Of a stretch of 51,813 bases of DNA, positions 40,641 through 49,467 are shown piece by piece (the stretch's first letter is position 1; every line of letters starts with the position of its first letter). The notes beneath the pieces were generated by a model. It was not told where the DNA came from and searched no databases. It was given only the letters and a program-made list of their open reading frames with translations. This DNA comes from Thermoanaerobaculia bacterium. GTDB taxonomy: Bacteria > Acidobacteriota > Thermoanaerobaculia > Multivoradales > UBA5704. The position numbers and the translations under genes are program-made. The stretch is from contig DASXJP010000193.1 of NCBI GenBank assembly GCA_036497345.1, positions 1 to 51,813 of the forward strand, in the 5' to 3' direction.

Positions 40641-41738
40641 TCAGATCCGCATCGGCATGATCACGCAGAGGTAGCGGGTGTCGGGCCCGTCCTGCGGATA
40701 GCCGACGCACTGCGTGTTCTCGTCCTTGAGCTCCAAGCGGATCTTCTCGGTCTCGACCGCGGACAGGAACTGGGTGAGGTAGTCGGGGTTGATCCCCACC
40801 CGGAACTCGGGACCGTCGTAATCGCAGGCGACCTCCTCGACCGCCTCCCCGAGGTCGGAGTTGACGGCCGAGATCACCACCTGGTCGGTGGCGAACTGGA
40901 GGCGGACGGCGCGCGCCCGGTCGCCGGTCATCAGCGCGGCGCGCTGCACGGCGTCGACCAGGAGCTTGCGGTCGAACAGCACCTTCTTGTCGTTGTCTTT
41001 GGCGATCACCCGCTCGTAGTCGGGGAAGGTCCCTTCGAGGATGCGGCAGATCAGCTCGCGCCGGCCGAGGCCGAACGAGAGGTGGTGCTCGCCGCGGCCG
41101 TAGGCGAGCTTGCCGTCCCCCTCGAAGCGCTGGAGCTCCTGGAGGGCCTTGCGCGGCACCAGGACGGAGTCCTCGCCGCCGGCGCTCTCCAGGCCACCCT
41201 CGACCAGGGCCAGACGGTGGCCGTCGGTCGCCACCATTTCCAGCCCTCCGTCCTTCAGCTTCAGCAGGGCGCCGTTGAGCTGGAAGCGCGACTCCTCGGC
41301 CGAGACGGCAAAGAGGATCTTGGCCACCATGCGGCGAAACTCGGTGAAGGGGATGTCGACCTTGCGGCCCTCCTCGACGGTGGGGAGGGTGGGGAAGTCG
41401 TCCGGAGCGAGGCCGTGGATCTTGAAGCGCGACTTGCCGGCCCGGATGGTGAGCACGCGCGGCTCCTCCTGGACCAGCAGCACCTCCTCGCCGGTGAGCG
41501 AGCGGATGATCTCGATCAGCTTCTTGGCCTGGACGGCGATCCCCCCCTCGCGCTTGATGTCCGCCTCGCACCAGGAGGTCAGCGAGACGTCGAGGTCGGT
41601 CGCGGCCAGGTTGAGCCGGTCGCCACGCGCGGTGAGCAGCAGGTGGGAGAGGACCGGGATGGTGGTCTTGCGCTCGACGATGCCCTGCATCGGGCTGAGC
41701 TCGCCCAGGAATTCGCTACGGGTGACGCGGATCTCCAT
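40641..41738 (-). CDS. dnaN: DNA polymerase III beta sliding clamp
   Basis: 365 aa. Starts MEIRVTRSEFL..., has TIPVLSHLLL, a three-domain length, and sits between dnaA and recF. Confidence 0.96.
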   Translation of the reverse strand: MEIRVTRSEFLGELSPMQGIVERKTTIPVLSHLLLTARGDRLNLAATDLDVSLTSWCEADIKREGGIAVQAKKLIEIIRSLTGEEVLLVQEEPRVLTIRAGKSRFKIHGLAPDDFPTLPTVEEGRKVDIPFTEFRRMVAKILFAVSAEESRFQLNGALLKLKDGGLEMVATDGHRLALVEGGLESAGGEDSVLVPRKALQELQRFEGDGKLAYGRGEHHLSFGLGRRELICRILEGTFPDYERVIAKDNDKKVLFDRKLLVDAVQRAALMTGDRARAVRLQFATDQVVISAVNSDLGEAVEEVACDYDGPEFRVGINPDYLTQFLSAVETEKIRLELKDENTQCVGYPQDGPDTRYLCVIMPMRI

Positions 41739-41750
41739 TCACTCTTCCTC

Positions 41751-41996
41751 TTCTAGAAGACATCTGAATATAGCATAGCCGTAGTAGACCGTAGGCGCTG
41801 CGGAAACGGGGAAAACCGCCCTAAGCTGTTCCATCCTGGAGCCTTGCGATTGTACCCGGGAGCTGTGCAGAGCCTGCGGACGGGTTGAGGAAAAGGAGGA
41901 AAACCCGCAAAGACAGGAAAAAATCCGCAGAAGCTCCACAACCCTTCCGGAGCCCTCTCCGCAGGCTTTCCCCAGGCACACCGTGAGCCTGCGGGA
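41751..41996. promoter_or_regulatory. Candidate oriC segment in the dnaA-dnaN spacer (AT-rich stretch plus degenerate DnaA-box-like repeats)
   Basis: AT-rich run at 41751-41790. The motif CTGCGGA / TCCGCAG recurs at 41798, 41874 and 41990 (forward) and at 41924 and 41958 (reverse). There are also CTGTGCAGA at 41863 and GCTCCACA at 41933. The repeat differs by one base from the CTGTGGAAA boxes upstream of dnaA. Confidence 0.4.
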
Positions 41997-42026
41997 ACGG
42001 CGGAATCAAATGCAAGCCGCGTGCCC

Positions 42027-43316
42027 CTAAGCGAAGTGCTGCTCGAACCCATGCAGGGTGCGGTCGAAGTCAGGGTCGGAATCGCGCTTCTTCTGGACCG
42101 TCTCGCAGGAGTACATGACCGTCGAGTGGTGCTTGTCGTTGAACAGCTTGCCGATCTCCGGGTAAGAGAGGCCGGTCAGCCGCTTGCAGAGGTACATCGC
42201 CACCTGGCGCGGGATGACGATCTGGCGCGAGTTGCTCTTGCTCTTGATCTCGGAGACCTTGAGGTCGTAATGCCGGGCCACGAACTTGATGATCTCGGCC
42301 GCGGCGGGCTTCTTCCCCTCTTCCGGCAGGATGTCCTTGAGCGTCTCGCGGGCGAGCGCCGGCGAGAGCGGCTTGTCGGTGAGCGAGGAGTAGGCGATCA
42401 CCCGCGTCAGCAGCCCCTCGAGCTCGCGGATGTTCGACTTCACCTGCTGGGCGATGAACTCCGCCACCTCCTCGGGGAGCTGCACCCCCTCCAGCGAGGC
42501 CTTGCGCTGCAGGATCGCCACCTTGGTCTCCAGGTCCGGCGGCTGGATGTCGGCGATCAGCCCCCACTCGAAGCGGCTGCGCAGCCGCTCCTCCAGCGTC
42601 GGGATGTTCCGCGGCGAGGAGTCGGAGGAGAGGATGATCTGCTTCTGGCTGGTGTAGAGCGTGTTGAAGGTGTGGAAGAACTCCTCCTGAGTCCGCTCCT
42701 TGTTGGCGATGAACTGCACGTCGTCGATCATCAGCACGTCGATCGTGCGGTAGCGCTCGCGGAAGGCCGGCATGCGGTCGAAGCGGATCGAGTTGATCAG
42801 CTCGTTGACAAACTGCTCGGCCGCCAGGTAGAGCACGCGGAGCTGTGGCCGGCTGCGCTGGATCTCGTGGCCGATCGCGTGCAGCAGGTGGGTCTTGCCG
42901 AGGCCGACCCCGCCATACACGAAGAGCGGGTTGTAGGACTCCGCCGGCTTCTCGGCCACGCGCTTGGCGGCGGCCGAGGCGAACTCGTTCGACTTGCCGT
43001 CGACGAAGCTCCCGAACGTGTACTTGGGATTGAAGCTCGACGGCGCGGGCGGCGTCTCGTCGGAGTGGATCTCGTCCCTGTCGAGCGCGAAGAGCACCTC
43101 GAAGCCCGGATCGCCCAACCCGGCCACCGCGCGGTCGACCATCGGCCGGTAGCTCTCTTCCAGCGTGTGGAGGAAGCGGGAGTTGGGGGCTACCAGGACG
43201 AGCCGGCGCCCATTCTCATCGCCCACCTTCAGCGGGCGGAACCAGGTGGTGAACTCGTCGGGATCGAGCTGCTGCTGCAACTGTCTCTGGAGAAGAGACC
43301 AATAGGATTGCGACAT
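42027..43316 (-). CDS. dnaA: Chromosomal replication initiator protein DnaA
   Basis: 429 aa. Walker A GGVGLGKTHLLHA, Walker B MIDDVQF, C-terminal DNA-binding helix AMYLCKRLTGLSYPEIGKLFNDKHHSTVMYS. Confidence 0.97.
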   Translation of the reverse strand: MSQSYWSLLQRQLQQQLDPDEFTTWFRPLKVGDENGRRLVLVAPNSRFLHTLEESYRPMVDRAVAGLGDPGFEVLFALDRDEIHSDETPPAPSSFNPKYTFGSFVDGKSNEFASAAAKRVAEKPAESYNPLFVYGGVGLGKTHLLHAIGHEIQRSRPQLRVLYLAAEQFVNELINSIRFDRMPAFRERYRTIDVLMIDDVQFIANKERTQEEFFHTFNTLYTSQKQIILSSDSSPRNIPTLEERLRSRFEWGLIADIQPPDLETKVAILQRKASLEGVQLPEEVAEFIAQQVKSNIRELEGLLTRVIAYSSLTDKPLSPALARETLKDILPEEGKKPAAAEIIKFVARHYDLKVSEIKSKSNSRQIVIPRQVAMYLCKRLTGLSYPEIGKLFNDKHHSTVMYSCETVQKKRDSDPDFDRTLHGFEQHFA

Positions 43317-43346
43317 GGGACCTCAAAAGCTGCGCGACGATAAGCT

Positions 43347-43378
43347 ATTTCCACAGAATTTCCACAGTCTGTGGAAAT
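43347..43378. promoter_or_regulatory. Three DnaA-box-like 10-mers (ATTTCCACAG x2 direct, x1 inverted) just upstream of dnaA
   Basis: Boxes at 43347-43356, 43358-43367 and, inverted, 43369-43378, starting 31 nt upstream of the dnaA ATG. Each matches TTATCCACA at 7 of 9 positions. An 8-bp inverted repeat (aaatcctc/gaggattt) follows at 43375-43398, and an AT-rich run lies at 43487-43520. Confidence 0.6.
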
Positions 43379-43526
43379 CCTCTCTCCAGGGAGGATTTGA
43401 ATTCCTAGCGAAGCGGCTAAAGGTGACTACAACGGGACCATCATAGCACAGCCGCCAGCGCCCGCAAGCCCTCTCGGCACGAAGTCGAAAAGAATCTGTA
43501 ACGTTATTCAAATCAATGGTTTCCGG

Positions 43527-45233
43527 TTAAAAGGGCCGCGCGATCCTGGCGACCTCCGCGGGTAATTCAAGCAGGCGTGGCGGGGTCTTTTCAAGGGACT
43601 TGACAACGTCCGCCAAAGCTGCCGGGAGGCGCGGCTGCCGTTTCTCCAGGAAGAGGTCGAGCCACGACGGTGGCGACGGATAGAAATCGAGGCCCACCGT
43701 CTCGCCGGCGCCGAGGTGGGCCTGCTGGCGGGCGATCTCGACGGCGCGGTCGAGCCCTCCGAGCTCGTCGACCAGACCGATCTTCTGTGCCCTCGCGCCG
43801 GTCCAGACCCGTCCGCTCGCCACCCCCTCGACCGCCGAGCGGCTCATCTTGCGGCCGGTGGCGACGTGGCCGATGAACGCCTGGTAGGTGCGATTCATGA
43901 GCTGCTGGACCCGCGCTTCCTGTTGCGGTGTGTACGGCTGGAGAGAGGAGTAGAGGTCGGCGTTCGCGCCCCGCTTCTGGGTGTCGTGGCCGATTCCCAG
44001 GATCTCCTCCTCGAAGCGGCGGGTGACGAGCTTGCCGCCGAAGATGCCGATCGAGCCGGTCAGGGAGGCCGGCTCGGCCACGATCTTGTCCGCCCTGGCC
44101 GCGATGTAGTAACCGCCGGAGGCCGCCGTGTCGGACATCGAGACCACCACCGGCTTCTTCTCCCGGAGCCTCTCGACCTCGCGCAGGATGAGGTCGGAGG
44201 CCAGGGCCGATCCGCCGGGGCTGTCGATGCGCAGCACCACGGCCGCGATCGAGCGGTCCTTGCCCACGTCGCGCAGCACGCGCGCCATGTCGTCCGAGCC
44301 GAGGTAGAGATCGTCCGTCCAGGGGGCCGCGCCGCCGCCGCCACGCACGATCTCGCCGAGGGCGAAGACGACGGCCACCCGCTTGCCCGCGAGCACGGGG
44401 CTGGGGGTGTAGTCCTCGATCGCGAGCCAGGACGGCCGGCGCCCCACCCGCTTCTCCAGGTGGGCCTTGAATTCGTCGGGATAGGCGAGCCGGTCGACCA
44501 GCCCGCGCGCCAGGGCCTCGTCGGCCGACCAGGGTGCGCCGTCGATCAGGGCTTTCACCTCGGCTTCGCTCTTGTGGCGCGCCTCGGAGATGGCGGAGAC
44601 GATCTGCGCGTAGTAGCCGTCGAGCACCTCGGCGAGCGCCTCCTGGGCCTCGGGGCTGTACTGGCTCTGGGTATAGGTCTCGACGGCGCTCTTGTAGCGG
44701 CCCACGCGATTGAAATTGGGCTCGATCTTGAGCTTGTCGAAGGTGCCGCGCAGGAAGCGGGTCTCGGTGTAGAGCCCCAGCAGGTTGAGGTCCCCCGCGG
44801 GAGCGAGGTAGATCTGCTCGCAGGCGGTCGCCAGATAATAGACGAGGGTGCCGTTCGACCCCTCGCCGGCCGTCTCCAGGTAGCAGTCGACGAATTTGCC
44901 GGCCCGCCGCAGGGCCAGCATCTGGCGGCGCAGCTCCTGGGCCTTGGCCAGCCCCAGGTCGGCGTCCTGGATGTAGACGGCGAGGCCGCGCACACTGGAG
45001 TCCTGGCGGGCCGCGCGCAGGGCCGGATAGAGCTCGGCGATGCTGGCCGGCTCGGGCGAGCCGCTGAACGGCAGCCGGGGCTCCCGCTGCTCCAGGACCG
45101 GACCGGCGAGGTGCCAGACGAGCACCGTGGGGCCTTCCCCCACGGCACCTCTCCCCCCCAGAAGGAGGCCGGCGACCGTGGCCATGATCGCGATCCCCAG
45201 CAAGAAGGAAAAGATGAAGAGCAGCTTTTTCAT
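43527..45233 (-). CDS. sppA: Signal peptide peptidase SppA (67K type, two S49 domains)
   Basis: 568 aa with an N-terminal TM anchor and tandem ClpP/crotonase-like S49 domains. Ser motif SMSDTAASGGYYIA. Confidence 0.9.
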   Translation of the reverse strand: MKKLLFIFSFLLGIAIMATVAGLLLGGRGAVGEGPTVLVWHLAGPVLEQREPRLPFSGSPEPASIAELYPALRAARQDSSVRGLAVYIQDADLGLAKAQELRRQMLALRRAGKFVDCYLETAGEGSNGTLVYYLATACEQIYLAPAGDLNLLGLYTETRFLRGTFDKLKIEPNFNRVGRYKSAVETYTQSQYSPEAQEALAEVLDGYYAQIVSAISEARHKSEAEVKALIDGAPWSADEALARGLVDRLAYPDEFKAHLEKRVGRRPSWLAIEDYTPSPVLAGKRVAVVFALGEIVRGGGGAAPWTDDLYLGSDDMARVLRDVGKDRSIAAVVLRIDSPGGSALASDLILREVERLREKKPVVVSMSDTAASGGYYIAARADKIVAEPASLTGSIGIFGGKLVTRRFEEEILGIGHDTQKRGANADLYSSLQPYTPQQEARVQQLMNRTYQAFIGHVATGRKMSRSAVEGVASGRVWTGARAQKIGLVDELGGLDRAVEIARQQAHLGAGETVGLDFYPSPPSWLDLFLEKRQPRLPAALADVVKSLEKTPPRLLELPAEVARIARPF

Positions 45234-46261
45234 GGTCTGATCCTACTTCCCTTCTCCCCTTCTCCGCCGTCCTTCCAATCTTCCCAATAGGCCCGCCAGG
45301 CGTCCATCTCCCCGCGCTCGACGAGCGCCACGTGGCAGATGGCGTCCCCCGGGTGGACCAGCGGGAGCTGGGTGAGGCCGAGGACGATCCCCGCGCTGGG
45401 GGCCTTGAGCACGCTGCGCTCCCGGCCGAAGGGGTTGCTGTGGACCGAGATCTCCTGCCCCCGGCTCAAGGGCGCTCCGAGGTCCACCTTGAGGTCGAGG
45501 ATCCCCCCTTTGCGCGAGCGGATCCAGCGCGTGCGCTCGATCCACAGCCGCAGCGGCGGATCGGCGGGCTCGCCCGGCATCATCCGCAGATGCCGCAGCA
45601 CGTTGAGCACCCCCCGGATCCCCACCTCGATGAACGGCCGCTCCAGCCGGCGGGCGCTCCCCGCCTCGTAGACCACCGTCGGCACCCCGGCCGCCACCGC
45701 CGTGCGGCGCAGCGACCCCTCGGGGCCGGCGCCGGCGACGATCAGCGGGCAGCCGAACGCCCCGGCCAGCTCGGCCACGGCGGGGTTGGCGAGGTCGGCC
45801 CGGAGCTGGGGGTAGTTGGTGCGCTCGCCGCCGGCCGTATGGAGGTCGAGCCCGAAGTCGCTCTTGCGGATCACCTCGCGGAACAGGACGTCGGCCAGGC
45901 GCGAGGTGAGCGACCCCTTGCGGCTGCCCGGGAAGGAGCGGTTGAGGTCACGCCGGTCGGGCAGGCGGCGGTCCTGGTTGAGGAAGCCGGGGACGTTGAC
46001 CACCGGCACGGCGATCAGCGTCCCCTTGAGGCCGCTGAAGTCCGTATCGTTGAGCAGGCCGCGCAGGATGCCCACGCCGTTGAGCTCGTCGCCGTGGACC
46101 GTGGCGGTGACGAACAGGGTGGGGCCGGGAGCGCCGCGCACCACCGTCACCGGCACGGTCACCGGCTCGGCGGCGTAGGACTCGGCCACCTTGAGCCGCA
46201 GCTCGGCCGTGCTCCCCAGGGGGACCGGGGTGCCCGCGAAGGCGAGCGGCTCGCGCTTCAT
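45230..46261 (-). CDS. Succinylglutamate desuccinylase/aspartoacylase-family zinc deacylase (RimK-associated)
   Basis: Internal ATG at 46261 of ORF 45230..47056 gives 343 aa. [29 protein letters not shown] overlap with the rimK stop. Confidence 0.8.
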   Translation of the reverse strand: MKREPLAFAGTPVPLGSTAELRLKVAESYAAEPVTVPVTVVRGAPGPTLFVTATVHGDELNGVGILRGLLNDTDFSGLKGTLIAVPVVNVPGFLNQDRRLPDRRDLNRSFPGSRKGSLTSRLADVLFREVIRKSDFGLDLHTAGGERTNYPQLRADLANPAVAELAGAFGCPLIVAGAGPEGSLRRTAVAAGVPTVVYEAGSARRLERPFIEVGIRGVLNVLRHLRMMPGEPADPPLRLWIERTRWIRSRKGGILDLKVDLGAPLSRGQEISVHSNPFGRERSVLKAPSAGIVLGLTQLPLVHPGDAICHVALVERGEMDAWRAYWEDWKDGGEGEKGSRIRP

Positions 46262-47163
46262 CCCCGGCCCCGGGTGTGCGGATGGCCGTGCGGCGCGCGC
46301 TCGAGGACGAAATCGATCATCGCGCCCGCCACGTCGACGCCGGTCGCCCCCTCGATCCCCTCCAGCCCCGGCGAGCTGTTGACCTCCAGCACCATGGGAC
46401 CCTCCTGGGAGGGGATCATGTCCACCCCGGCGATGTTGAGGCCGAGCACCTCGGCGGCGGCGACGGCGGTTTTTACATAGGCCTCCTCCAGCTGCACGCC
46501 GGTGGCCGTGCCGCCGCGGTGGAGGTTGCTGCGGAACTCCCCCTCCCCGGCCTGGCGCGCCATGGCCGCCACCACCTTGCCGCCCACCACGATGGCCCGG
46601 TAGTCCGTGCCGTGGGCCTCCTCGATGAAGGCCTGGATGAGGATGTTCTGCCGCAGCGAGCTCATGGCGTCGAGCACCGATTCGGCCGATTTGACCGACT
46701 CGGCCAGAATGACACCCGTCCCCTGGGTCCCCTCCAGGAGCTTGAGGATGACCGGCGCCCCGCCGACCTTGCGGATCGCCGAGCGCAGGTCCTCGCGGCG
46801 GCGGGCGAAGGCGGTGGGCGGGATGCCGATGTCGTAGCGCGAGAGGAGCTGCAGGCTGCGCAGCTTGTCGCGGCTGCGCGAGATCGCCTGGCTCTCGTTG
46901 GCGGGGAAGACCCCCATCATCTCGAACTGGCGCAGCACCGCCAGGCCGTAGAAGGTGATCGAGGCGCCGATCCTGGGCACGATGCCGTCGATGCCCGTCA
47001 CCCGCTCGCCGTTGTGGAAGACCTCCGGCCGCCGTTTCGACACCTTGACCACGCACTGCAGCGGGTCGAGCACGGTCACGTCGGCCTGGCGCTGGCGGCA
47101 GGCCTCGATCAGGCGTGAGGTCGAATACAGCGTCGCCTTGCGGGACAGGATGGCGATCTTCAT
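46258..47163 (-). CDS. rimK: RimK-family alpha-L-glutamate ligase (ATP-grasp)
   Basis: 301 aa from ATG 47163 (MKIAILSRK...). [11 protein letters not shown], and a RimK-like C-terminus [14 protein letters not shown]. Confidence 0.92.
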   Translation of the reverse strand: MKIAILSRKATLYSTSRLIEACRQRQADVTVLDPLQCVVKVSKRRPEVFHNGERVTGIDGIVPRIGASITFYGLAVLRQFEMMGVFPANESQAISRSRDKLRSLQLLSRYDIGIPPTAFARRREDLRSAIRKVGGAPVILKLLEGTQGTGVILAESVKSAESVLDAMSSLRQNILIQAFIEEAHGTDYRAIVVGGKVVAAMARQAGEGEFRSNLHRGGTATGVQLEEAYVKTAVAAAEVLGLNIAGVDMIPSQEGPMVLEVNSSPGLEGIEGATGVDVAGAMIDFVLERAPHGHPHTRGRG

Positions 47164-47630
47164 CAGCGCTGGGGTCTCCGGGGGTGCCACTTGCGGAGGA
47201 GGTACTTGGCGGCGACGTCCACCCGGAAATCCCCCTCCAGGGCCTTGCGGCCGAGGATCATACGAAACAGCATGCCCGTGCGGTCGGTCAAGGTGACCAG
47301 GATCGTCTTGCGCACGGGGCCGAGCACCAGCTCCGTCGCGATCACCGGCCGCACCTCCGGGTGCCCCCCCGAGTCGACCACGCGCATCCGGCGCAGCACC
47401 CGCGCCTCGGCCCGCACCCGCCAGTCCGGCCGGCGGCGGTCGGGACGGAGGTCGAGCTCCACCCGTTCGGTGCCGTCCGGCAGGACCTCCAGCACCCGGA
47501 GGGAGTCGACGTGGAGGGTCGAGGTACGGGCCCCGGTGTCCACCTTCGCCTTCAGGTGGAAGACGCCGAGCGCGGGGAGATCCAGGTACTCCTTCCAGCC
47601 GACGGTCAGCTCTTCCCCACGCTCCGGCAC
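47163..47630 (-). CDS. RimK-associated putative ATP-dependent zinc protease (retropepsin-like, COG4067-type)
   Basis: [12 protein letters not shown]...[14 protein letters not shown]...MILGRKAL. I prefer GTG at 47630 (155 aa, AGGAGA 8 nt upstream). The ORF extends to 47753 through low-GC, non-conserved-looking sequence. Confidence 0.75.
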   Translation of the reverse strand: MPERGEELTVGWKEYLDLPALGVFHLKAKVDTGARTSTLHVDSLRVLEVLPDGTERVELDLRPDRRRPDWRVRAEARVLRRMRVVDSGGHPEVRPVIATELVLGPVRKTILVTLTDRTGMLFRMILGRKALEGDFRVDVAAKYLLRKWHPRRPQR

Positions 47631-47803
47631 CTCATCTCTCCTGGGAAATCGACGTCGGCATGTAGAAATCTCCCACTCGAACGTATGCCTTTGTACGAAT
47701 GAGCACAAAAAGGGATCGCCCGCCCGGGGGCCGGGAGGAAAAACCCCGCTCAAACCGGCCTTTCTGGGGGCTTGGGGCGCTCATCGGAGATCAGGCATGT
47801 TAC

Positions 47804-48022
47804 TTGCAGATAGAGAAGAGCACAAATCAGTTGGAACACGAGGAGGAGGTTCCGTCCAGCCAACCGTATCCCATCCCTTTCGAGATCCTACGCGATCTCA
47901 TCCTTGAGAAGCCCTCCTTGGATCCCCTCATCAGGGGTAGAGCCAACCAACAGCCAACCTGAAAGCAAGGAATCTCCTCCCTACAGCCCCCCAGCCCAGT
48001 GGCCGGGGGGCCTTTCTTTTTT
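47804..48022 (+). ncRNA. Candidate structured sRNA, copy 1 of a tandem paralogous pair
   Basis: 12-bp closing helix 47842-47853 / 47969-47980. Hairpins gagatc-6-gatctc (47882-47899) and cccct-4-agggg (47924-47937). Three AGCCAACC motifs. Intrinsic terminator 47986-48022 (7-bp G/C stem plus a T-rich tail). The 5' end is not defined. Confidence 0.5.
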
Positions 48023-48108
48023 AGGGGTGAGGGGAACGGCGGCCCGCGGCCGTTTCTGTCAGCACAGAGAAGAATGCCGACTCGGGAATCTAAGATCGGG
48101 CACGGCTG

Positions 48109-48313
48109 TTGCAGAGAGCAGAGAGAAGGAAACGACGTGGGGGAGGTTCCAGACCAACCTAACTAGATCCCACCAGCTTTCGAGATCTCAGGATCTCACC
48201 CTCTTTTGACCAACCGAAATCCCCTACACACAGGGGTATAGCCACAATAGCCAACCGGAGAGATGGGGCCTCCCCCCCAAGCTCCCAGCGAAAGCTGGGA
48301 GCGTTTCCTTTTT
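48109..48313 (+). ncRNA. Candidate structured sRNA, copy 2 of a tandem paralogous pair
   Basis: 12-bp closing helix 48139-48150 / 48265-48276. The same two hairpins with different loops (48182-48197, 48221-48236). Three (A/G)(A/G)CCAACC motifs. Terminator ctcccagc-gaaa-gctgggag plus a T-run (48281-48313). Confidence 0.5.
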
Positions 48314-48363
48314 GGCCGGTCCGTCTGCCAAATTGACCGGCACCGTGCGGTTAGAATGACGCG

Positions 48364-49467
48364 ATGCGGCAGGCCGAAGCCCTCCTGACCTGGTTCGATC
48401 AGCACCGGCGCGACCTCCCCTGGCGCCGGACGAGCGATCCCTACGAGATCTGGCTCTCCGAGGTCATGCTCCAGCAGACCCGGGTGGAAACGGTGCGCCC
48501 TTTTTACAACCGCTTTCTGGAAAGATTCCCCACCGTGGAGGATCTGGCGCGGGCGGAGGTCGAGGAGGTGCTGGCTCTGTGGTCGGGGCTGGGCTACTAC
48601 CGCCGGGCCCGCCAGCTCCACGCCGCCGCCCGCAAAATCACCGAGGCCGGGTCCTTCCCGTCGACGGTCGAAGGGCTGCTGGCGCTCCCCGGGATCGGCG
48701 CCTACACAGCGGCGGCCGTGGCGAGCATCGCCTTCGGGGTGGCCGCGCCGGTGATGGACGGCAACGTCGAGCGGGTCCTCTCCCGCGTCCTCGCCCAGGC
48801 GGACGATCCGAAATCGGGCGAGGCGCGCAAGCGGCTCCTCACCGCGGCGGCCGGGCTGCTCGATCCCGCCCGTCCCGGCGACGGCAACCAGGCCCTGATG
48901 GAGCTGGGCGCCACCCTCTGCTCGCCCCGCCGTCCCAAGTGCCTCCTCTGCCCCCTCCGCCCCGGCTGCCGGGCGGCCCGCGAGGGGGACCCGGAGAGCT
49001 ACCCCGCGCCCAGGGTGAAGCGGGACGCCGAGCGCCACAGTCTCCTGGTGGCGGTGGTGGAGGACGATTCCGGAGTGCTCCTCTTCCGCCGGCCGGACGA
49101 CAGCACCCTCCTCGCCGGCACCTGGGAGCTCCCCTGGATGACCCGCGAGCGCGACGGCGTCCCCGAGCCCGGCGATCCGCAGGCGGTCCTCGCCGAACGC
49201 TACGGCGGCCGCTGGACAATCGGCCCCCGGGTGGGCGGCGTGCGCCACGGCATCACCTACCGCGACCTGGAGATCGACGTCCACCGCGCGGAGCTCGCCT
49301 GGGGCGGCGAGGTGCGGGAGGGGATGGCCGCCGGCTTCTTCGATGAGGCCGGGCGGGCGGGCCTGCCGCTCTCCTCCCTGGTGGGAAAGGTGCTGGCGGC
49401 GGTGTCCGGGACAGAATCTATGTCGGCGGCGGCACCGGCCAGGAGATCCCGGAGCCGCCGGCGATGA
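48364..49467 (+). CDS. mutY: A/G-specific adenine DNA glycosylase MutY
   Basis: 367 aa. HhH-GPD region LPGIGAYTAAAV, Fe-S loop CSPRRPKCLLCPLRPGC (C-x6-C-x2-C-x5-C), and a C-terminal NUDIX-like domain. Confidence 0.92.
   Translation: MRQAEALLTWFDQHRRDLPWRRTSDPYEIWLSEVMLQQTRVETVRPFYNRFLERFPTVEDLARAEVEEVLALWSGLGYYRRARQLHAAARKITEAGSFPSTVEGLLALPGIGAYTAAAVASIAFGVAAPVMDGNVERVLSRVLAQADDPKSGEARKRLLTAAAGLLDPARPGDGNQALMELGATLCSPRRPKCLLCPLRPGCRAAREGDPESYPAPRVKRDAERHSLLVAVVEDDSGVLLFRRPDDSTLLAGTWELPWMTRERDGVPEPGDPQAVLAERYGGRWTIGPRVGGVRHGITYRDLEIDVHRAELAWGGEVREGMAAGFFDEAGRAGLPLSSLVGKVLAAVSGTESMSAAAPARRSRSRRR

Noticed and set aside
47699-48209. Small plus-strand ORFs 47699..47962 (87 aa) and 47904..48209 (101 aa) in the rimK-mutY gap.
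   Set aside because: They run across terminator hairpins and across the boundaries of the two repeat copies. The two copies are conserved at the level of helices with variable loops, not codons. No recognisable protein features.
47754-48363. The repeat-bearing gap as a CRISPR array, or as the replication origin, since gene orientation switches here.
   Set aside because: There are only two copies of ~200 nt, divergent in sequence, which is not short identical repeats with spacers. Each copy ends in a canonical stem plus T-run on the plus strand and shows compensatory base changes. This fits RNA genes better than DnaA-box arrays, and no good DnaA-box cluster or long AT-rich unwinding element is present.
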